Of a stretch of 64,000 nucleotides of DNA, positions 13,901-28,111 are shown in pieces. Made by a program: the position numbers and the translations under genes. Origin of the DNA: Octopus sinensis (Eukaryota). The DNA is taken from the NCBI RefSeq assembly GCF_006345805.1, contig NW_021834004.1, forward strand, positions 1-64,000, read 5' to 3'. Within the stretch, counting starts at the first letter, position 1. Each line of letters begins with the position of its first letter. The notes under the pieces were generated by a model. That model did no database searches and was not told where the DNA came from. It worked only from the letters and a program-made list of their open reading frames with translations.

Positions 13901-14791
13901 CTTACTAATGTGCTGATCCGGTCCCTGTAAACCTGTCGTGCTGTAAAAGACGCGTTCAGTTTCCAGTAACCAGGACCCTGCCTATGTGTCTTATCTAAGT
14001 CAAGTGTACAAGTCACAAACTTGTGATCTGTGTAACTGACTATATGAAATTGTGGACAACCTACACTATTTTTGTCTATTGTCCTACAGAATACTCTGTC
14101 TAAGTATGATCTGGACGACCCGATGCGGTTACTCCATGTCCACATTGGCACATTCGGGTGGTCCAGTCGGTACCTGTCAGACAGTTGGAAACGTCTGAGC
14201 AGGTCTTTGAGGCATTTGCATCCCCTCTATTGCTATCTCTGCCCACGTAGTCTAGATGCGTGTCCAGGGTGGCATTCCAATCCCCCACTAAAAGTAAAGG
14301 ACGAGACGTTCCCATGAAAGACTCTAGACGTCGAAAGAAATCTGGTCGGCCTGTTAAGGACGGAGTATAAACTGCTATCAGTCGAAAAGCACACTCATTG
14401 CTGCCATCGACATCCAAAACGACCAGCCTACCCTCCGGGTCTAGGAAATTTGCTCTTACTTTGAGATCCAGACTCTTCCGGATAAGCACCGCGGTGCACC
14501 TCCGCCCATTCTCGGTAGACACGGAGAAAAAATAAATGTTGAAATGTGTACCGAAAATGTGCTGGAGTGCCCGCAAGCTGTGGAGTCTGGTCTCACTGAT
14601 GGCTATGATATTAAGATTTAGTGACTTGATGTAATTTAACAGGTAGCCTTGTTTCCAAGGCGACCCCAAGCCACGTACATTTATACTACCTATTCTGAGC
14701 ATGTTCCGATAAAAGTGCAAAAAAGGAAAAGGAGAGAGAAAAGGTACTTGTTTTTCGAAAGTTCTTTGTCTTTCACCTCACGGTCTTCTTC
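10973..14791 (-). mobile_element. Tx1/L1-clade LINE copy 2, complete ORF2 region, ORF1 lost
   Basis: APE endonuclease, RT and zinc motif in order, followed by a 3' UTR ending AATAAAAGAAAGT. (TATC)n on both sides. Confidence 0.95.
11265..14702 (-). pseudogene. Frameshifted LINE ORF2 (APE endonuclease, reverse transcriptase, zinc motif)
   Basis: APE: MLRIGSINVRG, ISETR, GDWNA, YLDRVF, SYTDH. Linker: GPGYWKLN, KSPGLDGLPYEFY. RT: NFRPITLLNADLKILAK, AYADD. C-terminus: GGLGMP, CPRCG..ETVLHALVQC. Split over several ORF-track frames, either by real frameshifts or by assembly indels. Confidence 0.92.
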
Positions 14792-14882
<91 letters not shown>

Positions 14883-14883
<1 letters not shown>

Positions 14884-15790
14884 TTGTTTCTTTATTAGCA
14901 CACAGGGCTGCACACAGATAGAACAAATTACAAGGTAGAGCTTTTCTTTGAAGGTTAAAAAAAAAAAAAAGGAAGGGGGAGTTTCGATCAAAAGGGATCG
15001 TAAAAGGAGAGAAAGAGGACAAAAAAAAGGGGGGTAGGGTTAAAAAAAGGGGGAGAGGAAAAAAAAATTGATCAATAGGGATCGTTATCACAGAAATGTC
15101 AATATGAAGTGTAAAGGGGAGGACAGGTGAGGTTTACCCGTGGAAAGAAAAAGCCTACGGAAAAGACCACGGTAACCTCGGTCAATGGAGTCACATGTTA
15201 TATTTCTTTCTTTTTTTTTGCGAATAAGCAACTCTCTGTTTTCAATCTGGGGTTCATGGGATCATGCTCAAGGTGGCTTCGTCATTCATACGTGCCATTC
15301 TTGCTACATTCACCCATCTTTTTTTAAAAACTTCGCTAGACAAAACTTGCCTCTTACTCTCACTTTCCTTTTCAAGTTTCCTTCTTCTACTTGAGAAGTG
15401 ATGAGAGATTGCCCGAGAGGAAAGTGTTTGGTCTCCAATCCTTTCAGACGCGTCCACCAGATACATTCTTTCGCCATAGCCACAAGGATGATGAAAATAG
15501 CTCTTCCTTTCCGTTTGAAGGAGGGAGGCGTGACAATATTGACGATTAGACTCAGCTGATAAACGATTCGTCCCACGTGACAGCAGTGTTCGACACAAGC
15601 CCACAGGTCGGAAATTGTTGGACACTGCACGAGTGCGTGCAGAACGGTTTCGTCGCTCTGACCGATCTCGGGCAGGTCGGCCCGTGTTTCTCGAGCCGTT
15701 GTCTGTAGAGCTTATCCCGAACGGGTAGCGCTTCTCGGTAGCACTGCCAGGCCAGGGATCTCTGGAAGTTGTCCATGGGCCCTGGCCCGA
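14883..15790 (-). mobile_element. Tx1/L1-clade LINE, 5'-truncated copy 3 (same subfamily as copy 1)
   Basis: Nearly colinear with 9315-10230 (GPGPMDNFQRSLAWQCYREALPVRDKLYR...). Flanked by (GATA)n at 14792-14882 and 15791-15812. Confidence 0.92.
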
Positions 15791-16828
15791 GATAGATAGA
15801 TAGACAGATAGATGTAGCTCTACTCAATTATTCTTTCCTGTTAGGCCGCAATTATAAGCGCATTATGTATAATTAAATACTATAAAATATCTTAGCTATT
15901 TATACTATATTTAATTACTATTTATACTGTAGAGCTCTTTAACATAAAGAAATCTCGGTTTGGCACTGAACTGTTAGCCAATAGAGAAGCGGAATATCTG
16001 CTTAGCTAGCAACTTAAACCAGTGTGGGGCGAACACAACCCACTAACACTGAAGCTGACCATTTGTAAGACAAACGACATCAAAAGGTCATCAGTTTTGA
16101 AGGTAGAGTGCTGTTTGATAGCATCGACTTTAGGCATGTGAATTTATTGACCCCGGAGAAATGAAAGGCAAAGTTGATCCCAGCGGGATTTGAACTTGGA
16201 ACTTATAGAGTCGAGTTGTAACAATGATTGCAAGGCATATTTTATCGACGCTCTAACAAGTCCCCGCCTTACAGCACGAATCAACAATGATCCACAGATG
16301 TAACATCGAAAAATAATGGCATAGATTTATAATCTCAACATCAATGACATCAACATCATTGCATGAAATATCAGGTCAAAAACGAGCTTCTGCATAGTTG
16401 ATCAACACACTAGAAACAGCAGCTAAGTTCCTTTTTAGATTATACTCTACTTCCTTCAAAAGTATTGGACAGATCTGATCATGTAGTCCTAGATACACAA
16501 TACTCGGTAACGTGTTGGAGTGGTTTGGAAATTTTCGTCAAGATAGACTTTGGGCAAAACAATAACAACACCACCAATTTGTGATGGCCTTCAAGGCTCA
16601 AAAGAATTGTTTCACCTCGTTTCAATATTTAATATTTAGAATAGATTCTATGGACATATTCGGTTGCCTATCAATTCTATAAATAGGAAATTTAAACCTA
16701 GACATCATGATCAATCAAGGTCGAATTTGGCTGGTACAGTCTACGTTATTTCCAAAATATACTCAGTAAAATATGCTGATGGGTACATGGCCGCGCGCAC
16801 ACGCACATACACACTCACACACATACAC

Positions 16829-17107
16829 AGGCACGTGGCTTAGTGGCTTGGATATTCGGCTCTCGATCGTAAGCTCGTGAGTTCAATTCCCGGTGACGCG
16901 CTGTGTCCTTGAGCAAGACACTTTATTTCCCGTTGCTCTAGTCCACTCAGCCAACCTTTTCAGACTCTGTGTCACTCTGAATCTCCCTGAAAACTATGTT
17001 TAGGGTACACGTGTCCGTGGAGTGCTCAACCACTTGCACGTTAATTTCACGAGCAGGCTGTTCCGTTGATCAGATCAGCTGGGACCCTCGTCGTCGTAAC
17101 CGACGAA
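16829..17107 (+). mobile_element. Diverged SINE family B-related copy
   Basis: tRNA-like head TGGCTTAGTGG...GTTCAATTCC and the family B 3' end GTTAATTTCACGAGCAGGCTGTTCCG...CGTAACCGACG. Confidence 0.75.
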
Positions 17108-17133
17108 GATCTTCTGTGTCTGCATATATATAT

Positions 17134-17367
17134 TCTCTTACTCTTTCTCTTTTACATGTTTCAGTCATTTGACTGCGGCCCTGCGAGCACCGCCTTTAAT
17201 CGAGCAACTCGACCCCGGGACTTATTCTTTTGTAAGCCCAGTACTTATTCTATCGGTTTCTTTTGCCGAACCGCTAAGTAACGGAGACATAAACACACCA
17301 GCATCGGTTGTCAAGCAATGCTAGGAGACAACACAGACACACACACGCATATATATATATATATATT

Positions 17368-17423
<56 letters not shown>

Positions 17424-17604
17424 ATATATATATACATATATACAACGGGTTTCTTTTCAATTTCCGTCTACCAAATTCACTCACAAGGCTTTGGTCGCCC
17501 GAGGCTATAGTAGAAGACACTTGCCCAAGTGCCACGCAGTGGGACTGAACCCGGAACCATGTGGTTGGTAAGCATTGCTTCTTACCACACAGCCACTCCT
17601 GCGC
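17134..17604 (-). mobile_element. SINE family A with internal (TA)n/(TG)n
   Basis: Both conserved halves match 1142-1677 in reverse orientation. Confidence 0.88.
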
Positions 17605-17620
17605 TTATATATTATATATA

Positions 17621-17668
<48 letters not shown>

Positions 17669-17716
17669 ATATATATATATATATAATTATATAATATATA
17701 TATCTATTATATATAT

Positions 17717-17757
<41 letters not shown>

Positions 17758-17763
17758 TGCGTC

Positions 17764-17804
<41 letters not shown>

Positions 17805-17826
17805 TAAATACATATACACATATCTG

Positions 17827-17920
<94 letters not shown>

Positions 17921-18094
17921 TAAATACATATACACATATCACGTGCATAATGCCACAAACACGCAGGTACATTATATACATATATATACACGCACATGTA
18001 TGTGCATATATGTATATAAGTATTTACGTACATACACACGCACTCTTTCATCCTCCTCTGCTTGTATACGTGTGCAATCACATACATCTAATAG

Positions 18095-18125
<31 letters not shown>

Positions 18126-18477
18126 TGCGCACAGAGGCAAACATATATATATACATATATAATATATACATACACATAGGTATATTATATACCTACGTAT
18201 CCTCTCCACTCGATCATAAAGCCACCTTCTCAGACATCGTTCTATTGTTTCCTCTTTTGTCTATGTTTATCTTCCATCAAGCTGCTCAGCATCTCTACTT
18301 ATCCCATCCTCTCAGATCTATTTCCTTTACATCCTCTCAGCCTCTCTCCCACGAACCCCCACCATCGCCACCTACTCTGCACAAGATATACCTTGTTCCA
18401 CCCGAAATTGTTGTTGCCTCCTCGCCGCTTCCTCCACCCCACCACACACACACACACACGCGCACACACACGCACAC

Positions 18478-18509
<32 letters not shown>

Positions 18510-19429
18510 CACTCCAACATATATCTTTCTGTGCGATGGCAACAGTTCCAACATTAATAATCTCCAGCACACCAACATACCATCGCATTATATACATCAA
18601 ACCATCTCAGATTATAAGCACCATCATCATACATACCATCCACCACCACCACACAACTACGTGATACTATCACATGACCAAACTACGCATAATTCCACCT
18701 GCATAATAACACACAAACACACCATCACTTTCTCACTCGCACACACACACAAATGGCAGCATGATGGTAGAGTCGCTACGAATATCGGGTTGAATACCTT
18801 GTGGTATTCGTTCCTCCTCTTTGCCCTCTAACTTCAAATCCCTCTGAGGTTAACTTTACCTTTCATTCCTTGGAAATCGATAAAAATACCAACTCAGTCC
18901 TGGGGTCCCTTCTTGCGCTACTAGTACTACTACCACCACCACCACCGCCACCGCCACCACCACTACCACCACCACCATCACCACCACCACTACCACCATC
19001 ATCACCACTGCTACTACGACTACGACTATTTATTCCGTCTCTTTGTCTCTTTCTCTCTCTCTCTCTCTTTACGTCCTTGCTCTTCTCTCTGGAAGAATCC
19101 GGTTGTGTTCATACCTGGAGAGAGATGGACCTCACCAGATTTCAATATTCCCCCAGACACGCCGGAATATCTTTGATTACATATTACCTCGTTCAGGGCT
19201 AGCTTGGAACCAAACAGCAACAAAATCTGCAACATATTTACCACAGCTTGCTCCCACAACACCGAGAAAGCCAAGAGACAACGAGGCAAACTCCCTACTC
19301 CAGCAGATTTTAATCTGGAGCCCTCAAAGAAAGTACAGATGATCCATGAGCTTCTCGATAAGAAAGAGTTCTGAAAAACCTGGGAATATGAATTATAAAA
19401 GAGATCCTTGGAGCCGTTGCTCTACGTTG

Positions 19430-19625
19430 TGGCTCGACGAGCTGGAAGTAGCAGCTAAGTCACCTTCGAATTCGTCTTAGAAAAGGACAAATAAGGGTCA
19501 TGCTGTCTAATTTCCCTGTACATAGAAAAAAAAACGGAATGATCACGACTGGAATGCATCCTATTGTAGATCATCTAAACGATCAGAATTGACCTGGAGA
19601 CCAAACAACAACAACGACAACAACA
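19430..19625 (+). repeat. Old dispersed repeat family D ending in (CAA)n
   Basis: Motifs like GCTCGACCTGCTAGAAATAGCAGC...ATGGCTGGAA...GACCTGGAGCTAAACAACAAC recur in degenerate form near 330-520, 16390-16570, 19805-20400, 50840-50950, 51950-52070, 53200-53400 and 54050-54180. Confidence 0.6.
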
Positions 19626-19870
19626 ACGGCAGGTCATTATTGAAAACCACCACATAACACAACGTATCCTCACACTACTACCCCATTTATCAATTAACCT
19701 TTGACCTCACACTACCACCACACAGCACTACCATGCAGACGATACAGGGTTCAGAGCTGTCACGCAATCGGTTTCTCTTACGTATCAATGAACGAGACTG
19801 TATGTAATCGCTCGACCTGCTACATTTAATAGCCAAATCTCTCGTCCATCAGTATGTAAGAAAGCGAAAG

Positions 19871-20256
19871 TGGAGGCGCAATGGCCCAGTGGTTAGGGCA
19901 GCGGACTCGCGGTCGTAGGATCGCGGTTTCGATTCCCAGACCGGGCGTTGTGAGTGTTTATTGAGCGAAAACACCTAAAAGCTCCACGAGTCTCCGGCAG
20001 GGGATGGTGGTGATCCCTGCTGTACTCTTTCACCACAACTTTCTCTCACTCTTACTTCCTATTTCTATTGTACCTGTATTTTCAAAGGGTCGGCCTTGTC
20101 ACTCTCTGTGTCACGCTGAATATCCCCGAGAACTGCGTTAAGGATGCACGTGTCTGTGGAGTGCTCAGCCACTTACACGTTAATTTCACGAGCAGGCTGT
20201 TCCGTTGATTCAGATCAACCGGAACCCTCGTCGTCGTAACCGACGGAGTGCTTCCA
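19871..20256 (+). mobile_element. tRNA-derived SINE family B, full length with TSD
   Basis: A box TGGCCCAGTGG, B box GTTTCGATTCC. 12-bp TSD AAGAAAGCGAAA (19858-19869 and 20260-20271). Inserted in a family D repeat. Confidence 0.92.
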
Positions 20257-20547
20257 TCCAAGAAAGCGAAAAGCACACTGGATAATAGGATCCTAGATAC
20301 ACTATGCATGAACAATACGGGCTGTTGATCGACACAGAGTGCATTTCGTTTTAATTCTGCTCAGAGAGGGACAACTTGGGACTAAACAACAAAAACAACA
20401 ACGAGATGAACCACCGTGACATCTTTCTACCACTGTACCAGTAACATTCTACCATTCTGCAACCCTGTCCCACGATGTTACCTAACTGCAGTGCCACACC
20501 ACACCGAGTTGAGTCCTAATATATGGATCAACACGGACTTTTTTTTT

Positions 20548-20762
20548 ACTCTTTTATTGGTTTCAGATATTTGACTGCGGCCAGGCTGGAGCACCACTTT
20601 TAGTCGAACAAATCGACCCCAGGACATATTGTTTGTAAGCCTGGTACTTATTCTATCAGTGTCTTTTGCCAAACCGCTAAGTTACAGGGGCGCAAACATA
20701 CCAACATCGGTTGTCAAGCGATGGTGGGGGCACAAACACAGACACAGAAACATATAACTATG

Positions 20763-20806
<44 letters not shown>

Positions 20807-20839
20807 TAATCCAAACATGAAAACACAAAGAGAAAACAC

Positions 20840-20877
<38 letters not shown>

Positions 20878-21054
20878 TGTGTGTGTGTGTATGACGGGCT
20901 TCTTTCAGTTTCCGTCTACCAAATCCAATCACATGGCCTTGGTCCGCCCGAGGCTGTAGTAGAAGACACTTATCGAAGGTGCCACGCACTGGGACTGAAC
21001 CCGGAACATTGAGGCTGGTAAGCAAGCTGCTTACCACACAGCCACTCCTGCGCC
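20548..21054 (-). mobile_element. SINE family A with internal microsatellite
   Basis: Both halves present around (TA)n/(TG)n. Confidence 0.85.
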
Positions 21055-21214
21055 TATATGAAAATGAATCTAAGACGAACACTAGTATGCTTCCATATCT
21101 ACCTTGTAGACGTAATTTTTATAGTATCTCGAAGCAAACATATAAAGCTATAAATAATATATAAATATTGGATTTTCAAACCCACAGTTGCATGCTAATA
21201 TTCATAGCTTTCTA

Positions 21215-21432
21215 AAGGTGGCGAGCTGGCAGACTCGTTAGCACACCGGAATAAAATGTTTAGCGGCATTTCGACCGTCTTTACGTTCTGAGTTCAAATT
21301 CCGCCGAGGTTGACATTGCCTTTCATCTTTTCTGGGTCGATAAATCAAGTACCATTTGAGTACTAGGATTGTTATGATCGACTGTCCAACTCACCACAAA
21401 ATCCAGGCCTTGCGCCTATAGTAGAAGGGATT
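21215..21432 (+). mobile_element. SINE family C head and core with an alternative tail ending in (ATT)n
   Basis: GGTGGCGAGCTGGCAG...GCCTTTCATCTTTTCTGGGTCGATAAA, then tail GGCCTTGCGCCTATAGTAGAAGGG(ATT)n. Confidence 0.8.
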
Positions 21433-21460
21433 ATTATTGTTGTTGTTGTTGTTGTTATCA

Positions 21461-22733
<1,273 letters not shown>

Positions 22734-22745
22734 TTATTATTATTG

Positions 22746-22811
<66 letters not shown>

Positions 22812-22817
<6 letters not shown>

Positions 22818-23141
22818 TAGTTTTATTTTTATAGCGTGCTTTCACTTCACTACCGAGTGCAGCTCTGTGTGCCTTGGGTATGTGCTGTGATTTGTTGTGA
22901 TGCTCTGATGATTACTGTATGGAAAGTGTTCTGCGTGGGATGTGTGCAGTGCCTAGTAGTGCAATTTTCTGTATGTTATATGTGTTTGTAAGTCCTGGTG
23001 TTTTTGTTATGTATTTGTCTGAATGTTTTTTTATCATGCCTAATGCACCTACTATGATAGGAATTGTTTCTGTTTTTAGATTCCACATTCTGGTTACCTC
23101 TATTTCCAGGTCTTTGTATTTTCAAAAATTTTTTCCATTTC
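22812..23141 (-). mobile_element. R4/Dong-clade non-LTR retrotransposon 3' fragment in (TAA)n
   Basis: Minus-strand translation KYKDLEIEVTRMWNLKTETIPIIVGALGMI...IQKIALLGTAHIPRRTL (end of a restriction-like endonuclease). (TAA)n on both sides, the known Dong target. Confidence 0.85.
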
Positions 23142-23198
<57 letters not shown>

Positions 23199-23490
23199 CA
23201 TTATTATTATTATCATTATTATTTTTATTTTTATTATTATTATTATATTATTATTATTATTATTATTACTATTATCATTATCATTATTATTATTATCGAT
23301 GTCGCACGGTATACAATATCGTGAGGTTGTTGATTGAAGATATTGTGTCTGTTGGGGGGTTTGTACTGTTTGTCAAGTCACAACAAGGTCGTCCTCAGAC
23401 AGACAGTACTTTACTCAATATGCGTAGTTACAAGTAATGCCAACTTTTGCAATAAATCTTTTATGATTATTATTGTTATTATTATTGTTA

Positions 23491-23551
<61 letters not shown>

Positions 23552-23565
23552 CATCATCATTATTA

Positions 23566-23610
<45 letters not shown>

Positions 23611-23773
23611 CATCATCATCATTATTATTATTATTATTATTATTATTACATAAAGCATTTATATATGAATGTATGAATATATGTGCATATGCACACATAT
23701 TTGCTGTTCGGATACCTTACTGATATCAACCTACGATACTGGTTATTGCTACATCCTTTAAGCTGTAAACACA

Positions 23774-23804
<31 letters not shown>

Positions 23805-24299
23805 GCGCGCGCAGAGCTAGTGTTATTTAATCATGTTGTTGCTGTTGTTACTCTTCACGTTCTTCATGATACTATTAACGACCTTCTTGTATTTTTATCG
23901 CACTTACAAATACCTCCGAGGTACAGTTAAACAAACGATGCTTCACAACGAGCCTTCGTATTGATACACATGCATACGCACGCGAACACACACGCACATA
24001 CACACTCATATATATATATATATGCATGCATTTATATGCTGGTATGTATGTGTGATAGAATGTACATACATACATACATACATATATACGTAATCTGGAG
24101 CACTTCTAGTTTTCCCCACTATTTCCAACACGCTTCAGAATATGCCAGAACATATTTGCGTGTGTGTGTGTGTGAGCGCGTGGCTGTGCATGTGTGTGTG
24201 AATGTGTCTGCGCGTGCGTGCATGCCTCAATTTTTACACGAAAATTGTTTGATAATGACCTCTAAGTTTCCGTTATAACGGTCTTTTGGCTCTGATCTA

Positions 24300-24951
24300 T
24301 TTTCGTCTTTCAAGCTTCTTTTTTTTGTGGTGTTTTTGTTGCTTTTGTTTATGGTAGGTTGTTTCTTTGTTAGGTTGAGTAACTGAAAATTAAACTTGGT
24401 GCAGACAGATAGTTCTCGGTGTAGTCTTCACGCGAAAATGGGTGTTGCTGCGTCTTTTCGTGTTTTCAATCAATGTTAGGAAAGCGCTCACATCAGAACC
24501 GACACATCAAATTGAGGTTTGTTTTTAATGTGAAATTATACGTTGAAATTATAATTGAAGGATCACTCAATATATGTTACAGAGGGCGTACTTATTAAGT
24601 TTAACAGCAAAATTGTTGACAGTAACTTCGAATGTGTTGCTATATTCCCGTCATCAGACCGTAGTTTACTTTGGTCTTTCAAGATATGTATGAAATGTTT
24701 TTGGCAGGGTATTCTCTTGGTAGATTTAGTAATGCAAGAGAAAATTAAGTGTGGTGTAGGTAGACAAGTATAGACATATATCTCATCATACCACATGCTA
24801 TACTTCAATGCAGTCACCTCTATTCAGCTGTCGGTGCCACTCAAAGTTAGGCCCCCGCCCTAGCCCCATCACCGACCACCTTTCCTTTTCTCACTCGAAC
24901 TCTCAACAACACGATCCTAACACATAACCTTTTTTATAAGTCGACCCGAAT

Positions 24952-24999
<48 letters not shown>

Positions 25000-26290
25000 C
25001 AGATGCGACCAGAACGTGGAAGAGTTTCTTACAGTTCTTTCGCCCCAATCCACACTCAACCTCGATACATTTTTTGTCCTTCCATTGCAATAAATTTCCC
25101 TTTAACCAGGACTTCGCCACTTTATCTATAACAGGCTTTTCTTTCAAAATCATGGATCACTTCACCTGTATTCTAAAAAGTGATATTTTACGACGCCAAA
25201 TGCCAAAACTGGTTGACTGTACATAAGGAAAACTGGTCCACCTTTGGTCTCGTTTTAGAGAAAACAGACTGGAGTCTACCAATTTAATTCATCTCAAAGT
25301 CTTTGAAATAATACAGCATCGTAGTGTTCCAGTTTTGGGGGGTTGTCTTGAACAAGACTTGTTCTGCTTCAACTCAGCTTCATTGCTGCTATTAACAATC
25401 GATTGACTATCCGACGAAGCATCAACACTCATTCATCTTTTTCGCCCATACACTCTCTCCTTCTTCCTCCCCTCACCGTTTTTCTGTCCATTCATACGCT
25501 TATGGTGACCGATTATCATCACGGATCTGAGAAGTCTACCTCAGAAGAGGTCTAAAATGTGATCACGTGTGAGGGAAATTTATTTGGAACACCAGTGATA
25601 CTTAGTTATCGGGTGGCCATCTTACTGCAGGGTCGAATGTTCACATTGATAACAGTGTGTGTTCGCAAGAGAAAATCCTTACACATAACTTGCAGTGATA
25701 TTAAGGACCTTCTTTATGCTTAGACTGCAAACACGGTCTATAATATGGTCCGTAGCATATCTGTTATGATTGGTCGATAATATCCAACCAGTTCTGGGTC
25801 ACGTTTGTTAATCTTCCAAACGCTTTAGATGGTATGAAGATTCCCTTTTGATGCCTTTTGATCAATTCCATTGTATACTGCAGAGAATCACAAACCCTTT
25901 GACGTATGCAACTTCTGGAACATTCATTGGGATTATCTCTACTCGAGGAGACAGGATCTTAAGCTTCTCATCACTTATTTTCATGCTCCAAACATTTAAA
26001 TACTTCATCAAACTATTCAGTAGATTTCTTTTCAATTTGCCAAAGACCGTGAATGTCACAAATGCGTTATCAGCATTTCTAAAATCCAAAGAGTTCTGTT
26101 TTTGACAAAGATTTTCTGTTCTTGCAAAAAGGTAATCTAAGAGTTTTATGAACAAGGTGAGCAATAGAATGCAGGCCTGTATTTCACATGGGTATATTAG
26201 AGCTAATCTGTCAGGTGAGCATCGATGGCCAAACTACTTTAAATATTACTGTATGGGGGTCTCTATAAGTTTCATTTTCTTGGAATATGC
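24300..26290 (-). pseudogene. Highly decayed Penelope-like reverse transcriptase element
   Basis: FRNADNAFVTF (cf. RYVDDxFV) followed by LNSLMKYLNVWSMKISDEKLKIL (cf. LNSLHxxIKFTxE...LPFL). Otherwise full of stops; boundaries approximate. Confidence 0.5.
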
Positions 26291-26302
26291 ACATTAGCTG
26301 GC

Positions 26303-26353
<51 letters not shown>

Positions 26354-26369
26354 AAATACACAAAAGATC

Positions 26370-27178
26370 CGCAAAAAATACAAAAAAGGACAACAAAACA
26401 TCCAGATAGACGATACAAAGGAAACAAGGACGGGACATTCGGAGTTTTCTATCCTCAGTCGAGTTCCAGATTATCTTAGCAATTTCGGCTGGTTATACTC
26501 TAGATTGCTGCAATCTGGTCAGCCCCAAGGAAAAAGTAAGCTAAGAGTATTAGATTCCTTGGAAGAAAGCAGCAAATGTATACGAAAACAAGGACGGAAA
26601 AAAAGCAGAGAAATGTTACACAAATACAAATGCAATTAACACAAACAACAGGTGTCTTTCGACTAAGGACGAATTAAATTAAGCTGGCGTGTGTGGAAGT
26701 AAAGCATTACGGCAGGGACATAGGATTTGACTGGCACAGGGAGGAATATAGATGTTGCAAGGATGGTAATCGAAACAAGAAAGAAAGGTCAGGCCTGGCC
26801 GAACACCGGTCACGTGGTGTGAGAAGAGAGAGAGGTAGAGGCAGAGAGATAGAAGAATTAAGGAGGAGCGGGAAAAATGAGACACGGTGAAGTGAAAGAG
26901 GAGGGAAAGTGAGCATAAAGAGGAGGCCAGGAAACGTGTGAGAGGAGGAACGAAATAACGAAGAGTGGAATGAACGAAGTGTGAAAGGGCTGATAGAAAC
27001 AAGGAAAGAATGAAAGAATAGAAAGAATAGAGTCGTACAAAATTTATATATATACTTACATATAAGAGACCAAAGTGTACGTACGCCGCTTTATTTTATG
27101 TATAAAAAATACACAAAAATACAAAAATGGGACAACAAGGCAAAACATCCAGACAGACGATAAAAGAAAAGAAGGACG

Positions 27179-27180
<2 letters not shown>
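26370..27180. repeat. (TA)n-embedded element with ~65-bp terminal direct repeats
   Basis: AAAAATACAAAAA-GGACAACAA...AACATCCAGAYAGACGATA at ~26373-26432 and ~27114-27178. Possibly a Penelope-type pseudo-LTR. Confidence 0.55.
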
Positions 27181-27212
<32 letters not shown>

Positions 27213-27730
27213 GGAGAGAGAGAGAGATGCATGTAGACAGACACATGTAGCCGCGTTTTTTACGGGCCAATCATAATTTAATAGGTTCCTCGCCCTGGAG
27301 ACTCGCCCTGGAGACTCATTCTACACTGCACAGTTTGCTTAACTGTCAATCCCCACTGCTGCTGCAGCAGTGTGTTTTGCCCCAAGCTGTCGCATCGCAG
27401 TGTTCCTCTGGGTCAAGGGTAAGTCGGCCGAGAGGAGGTCGATATCAGCTCGTAGCTACATAGACGCGTTATTTGTTTTTATCTTTAATCGTTTCCTTAT
27501 TTCAATCGCAACACCGCGGCCATGCTGGAGCACGGCTTTGGGGAATTTTTAGTCGAATGAAACGATCCCAGTACTATTCTTTTTTTTGGGGGGGGGCAAT
27601 GAAACTCGACGCAGGTAAAGTGATAAATGATACATGTAAAAATTGGGTTACAAAAATCCCTTGGATAGAATAAGCTCTCCATGGAAGTCGATCCCTCATC
27701 TGCAATAAGCATAAAGATATGGGGATAGAA

Positions 27731-28111
27731 GCACTCCGTCGGTTACGACGACGAGGGTTCCGGTTGATCCGAATCAACGGAACAGCCTGCTCGTGAAATT
27801 AACGTGCAAGTGGCTGAGCACTCCACAGACACGTGTACCCTTAACGTAGTTCTCGGGGATATTCAGCGTGACACAGAGAGTGACAAGGCCGGCCCCTTGA
27901 AATACAGGTACAACGGAAACAGGAAGTAGGAGTGAGAGAAAGTTGTGGTGAAAGAGTACAGCAGGGATCACCACCATCCCCTACCGGAGCCTCGTGGAGC
28001 TTTTAGGTGTTTTCGCTCAATAAACACTCACAACGCCCGGTCTGGGAATCGAAACCGCGATCCTATGACCGCAAATCCACTGCCCTAACCACTGGGCCGT
28101 TGCGCCTCCAC
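27731..28111 (-). mobile_element. SINE family B
   Basis: Full-length match, with the flanking repeat ATAAAGATAT at 27711-27720 and 28113-28122. Confidence 0.92.

Noticed and set aside
19090-19400. Protein-like stretch WTSPD...RRNIFDYIL
   Set aside because: It may be a decayed LINE APE fragment, but the motifs lie in different frames with stops. Too weak to call.
19871-19945. tRNA gene-like sequence (also at 28040-28111 and 30454-30530)
   Set aside because: A and B boxes are present, but each runs into the same ~310-bp body and has TSDs, so these are SINE heads.
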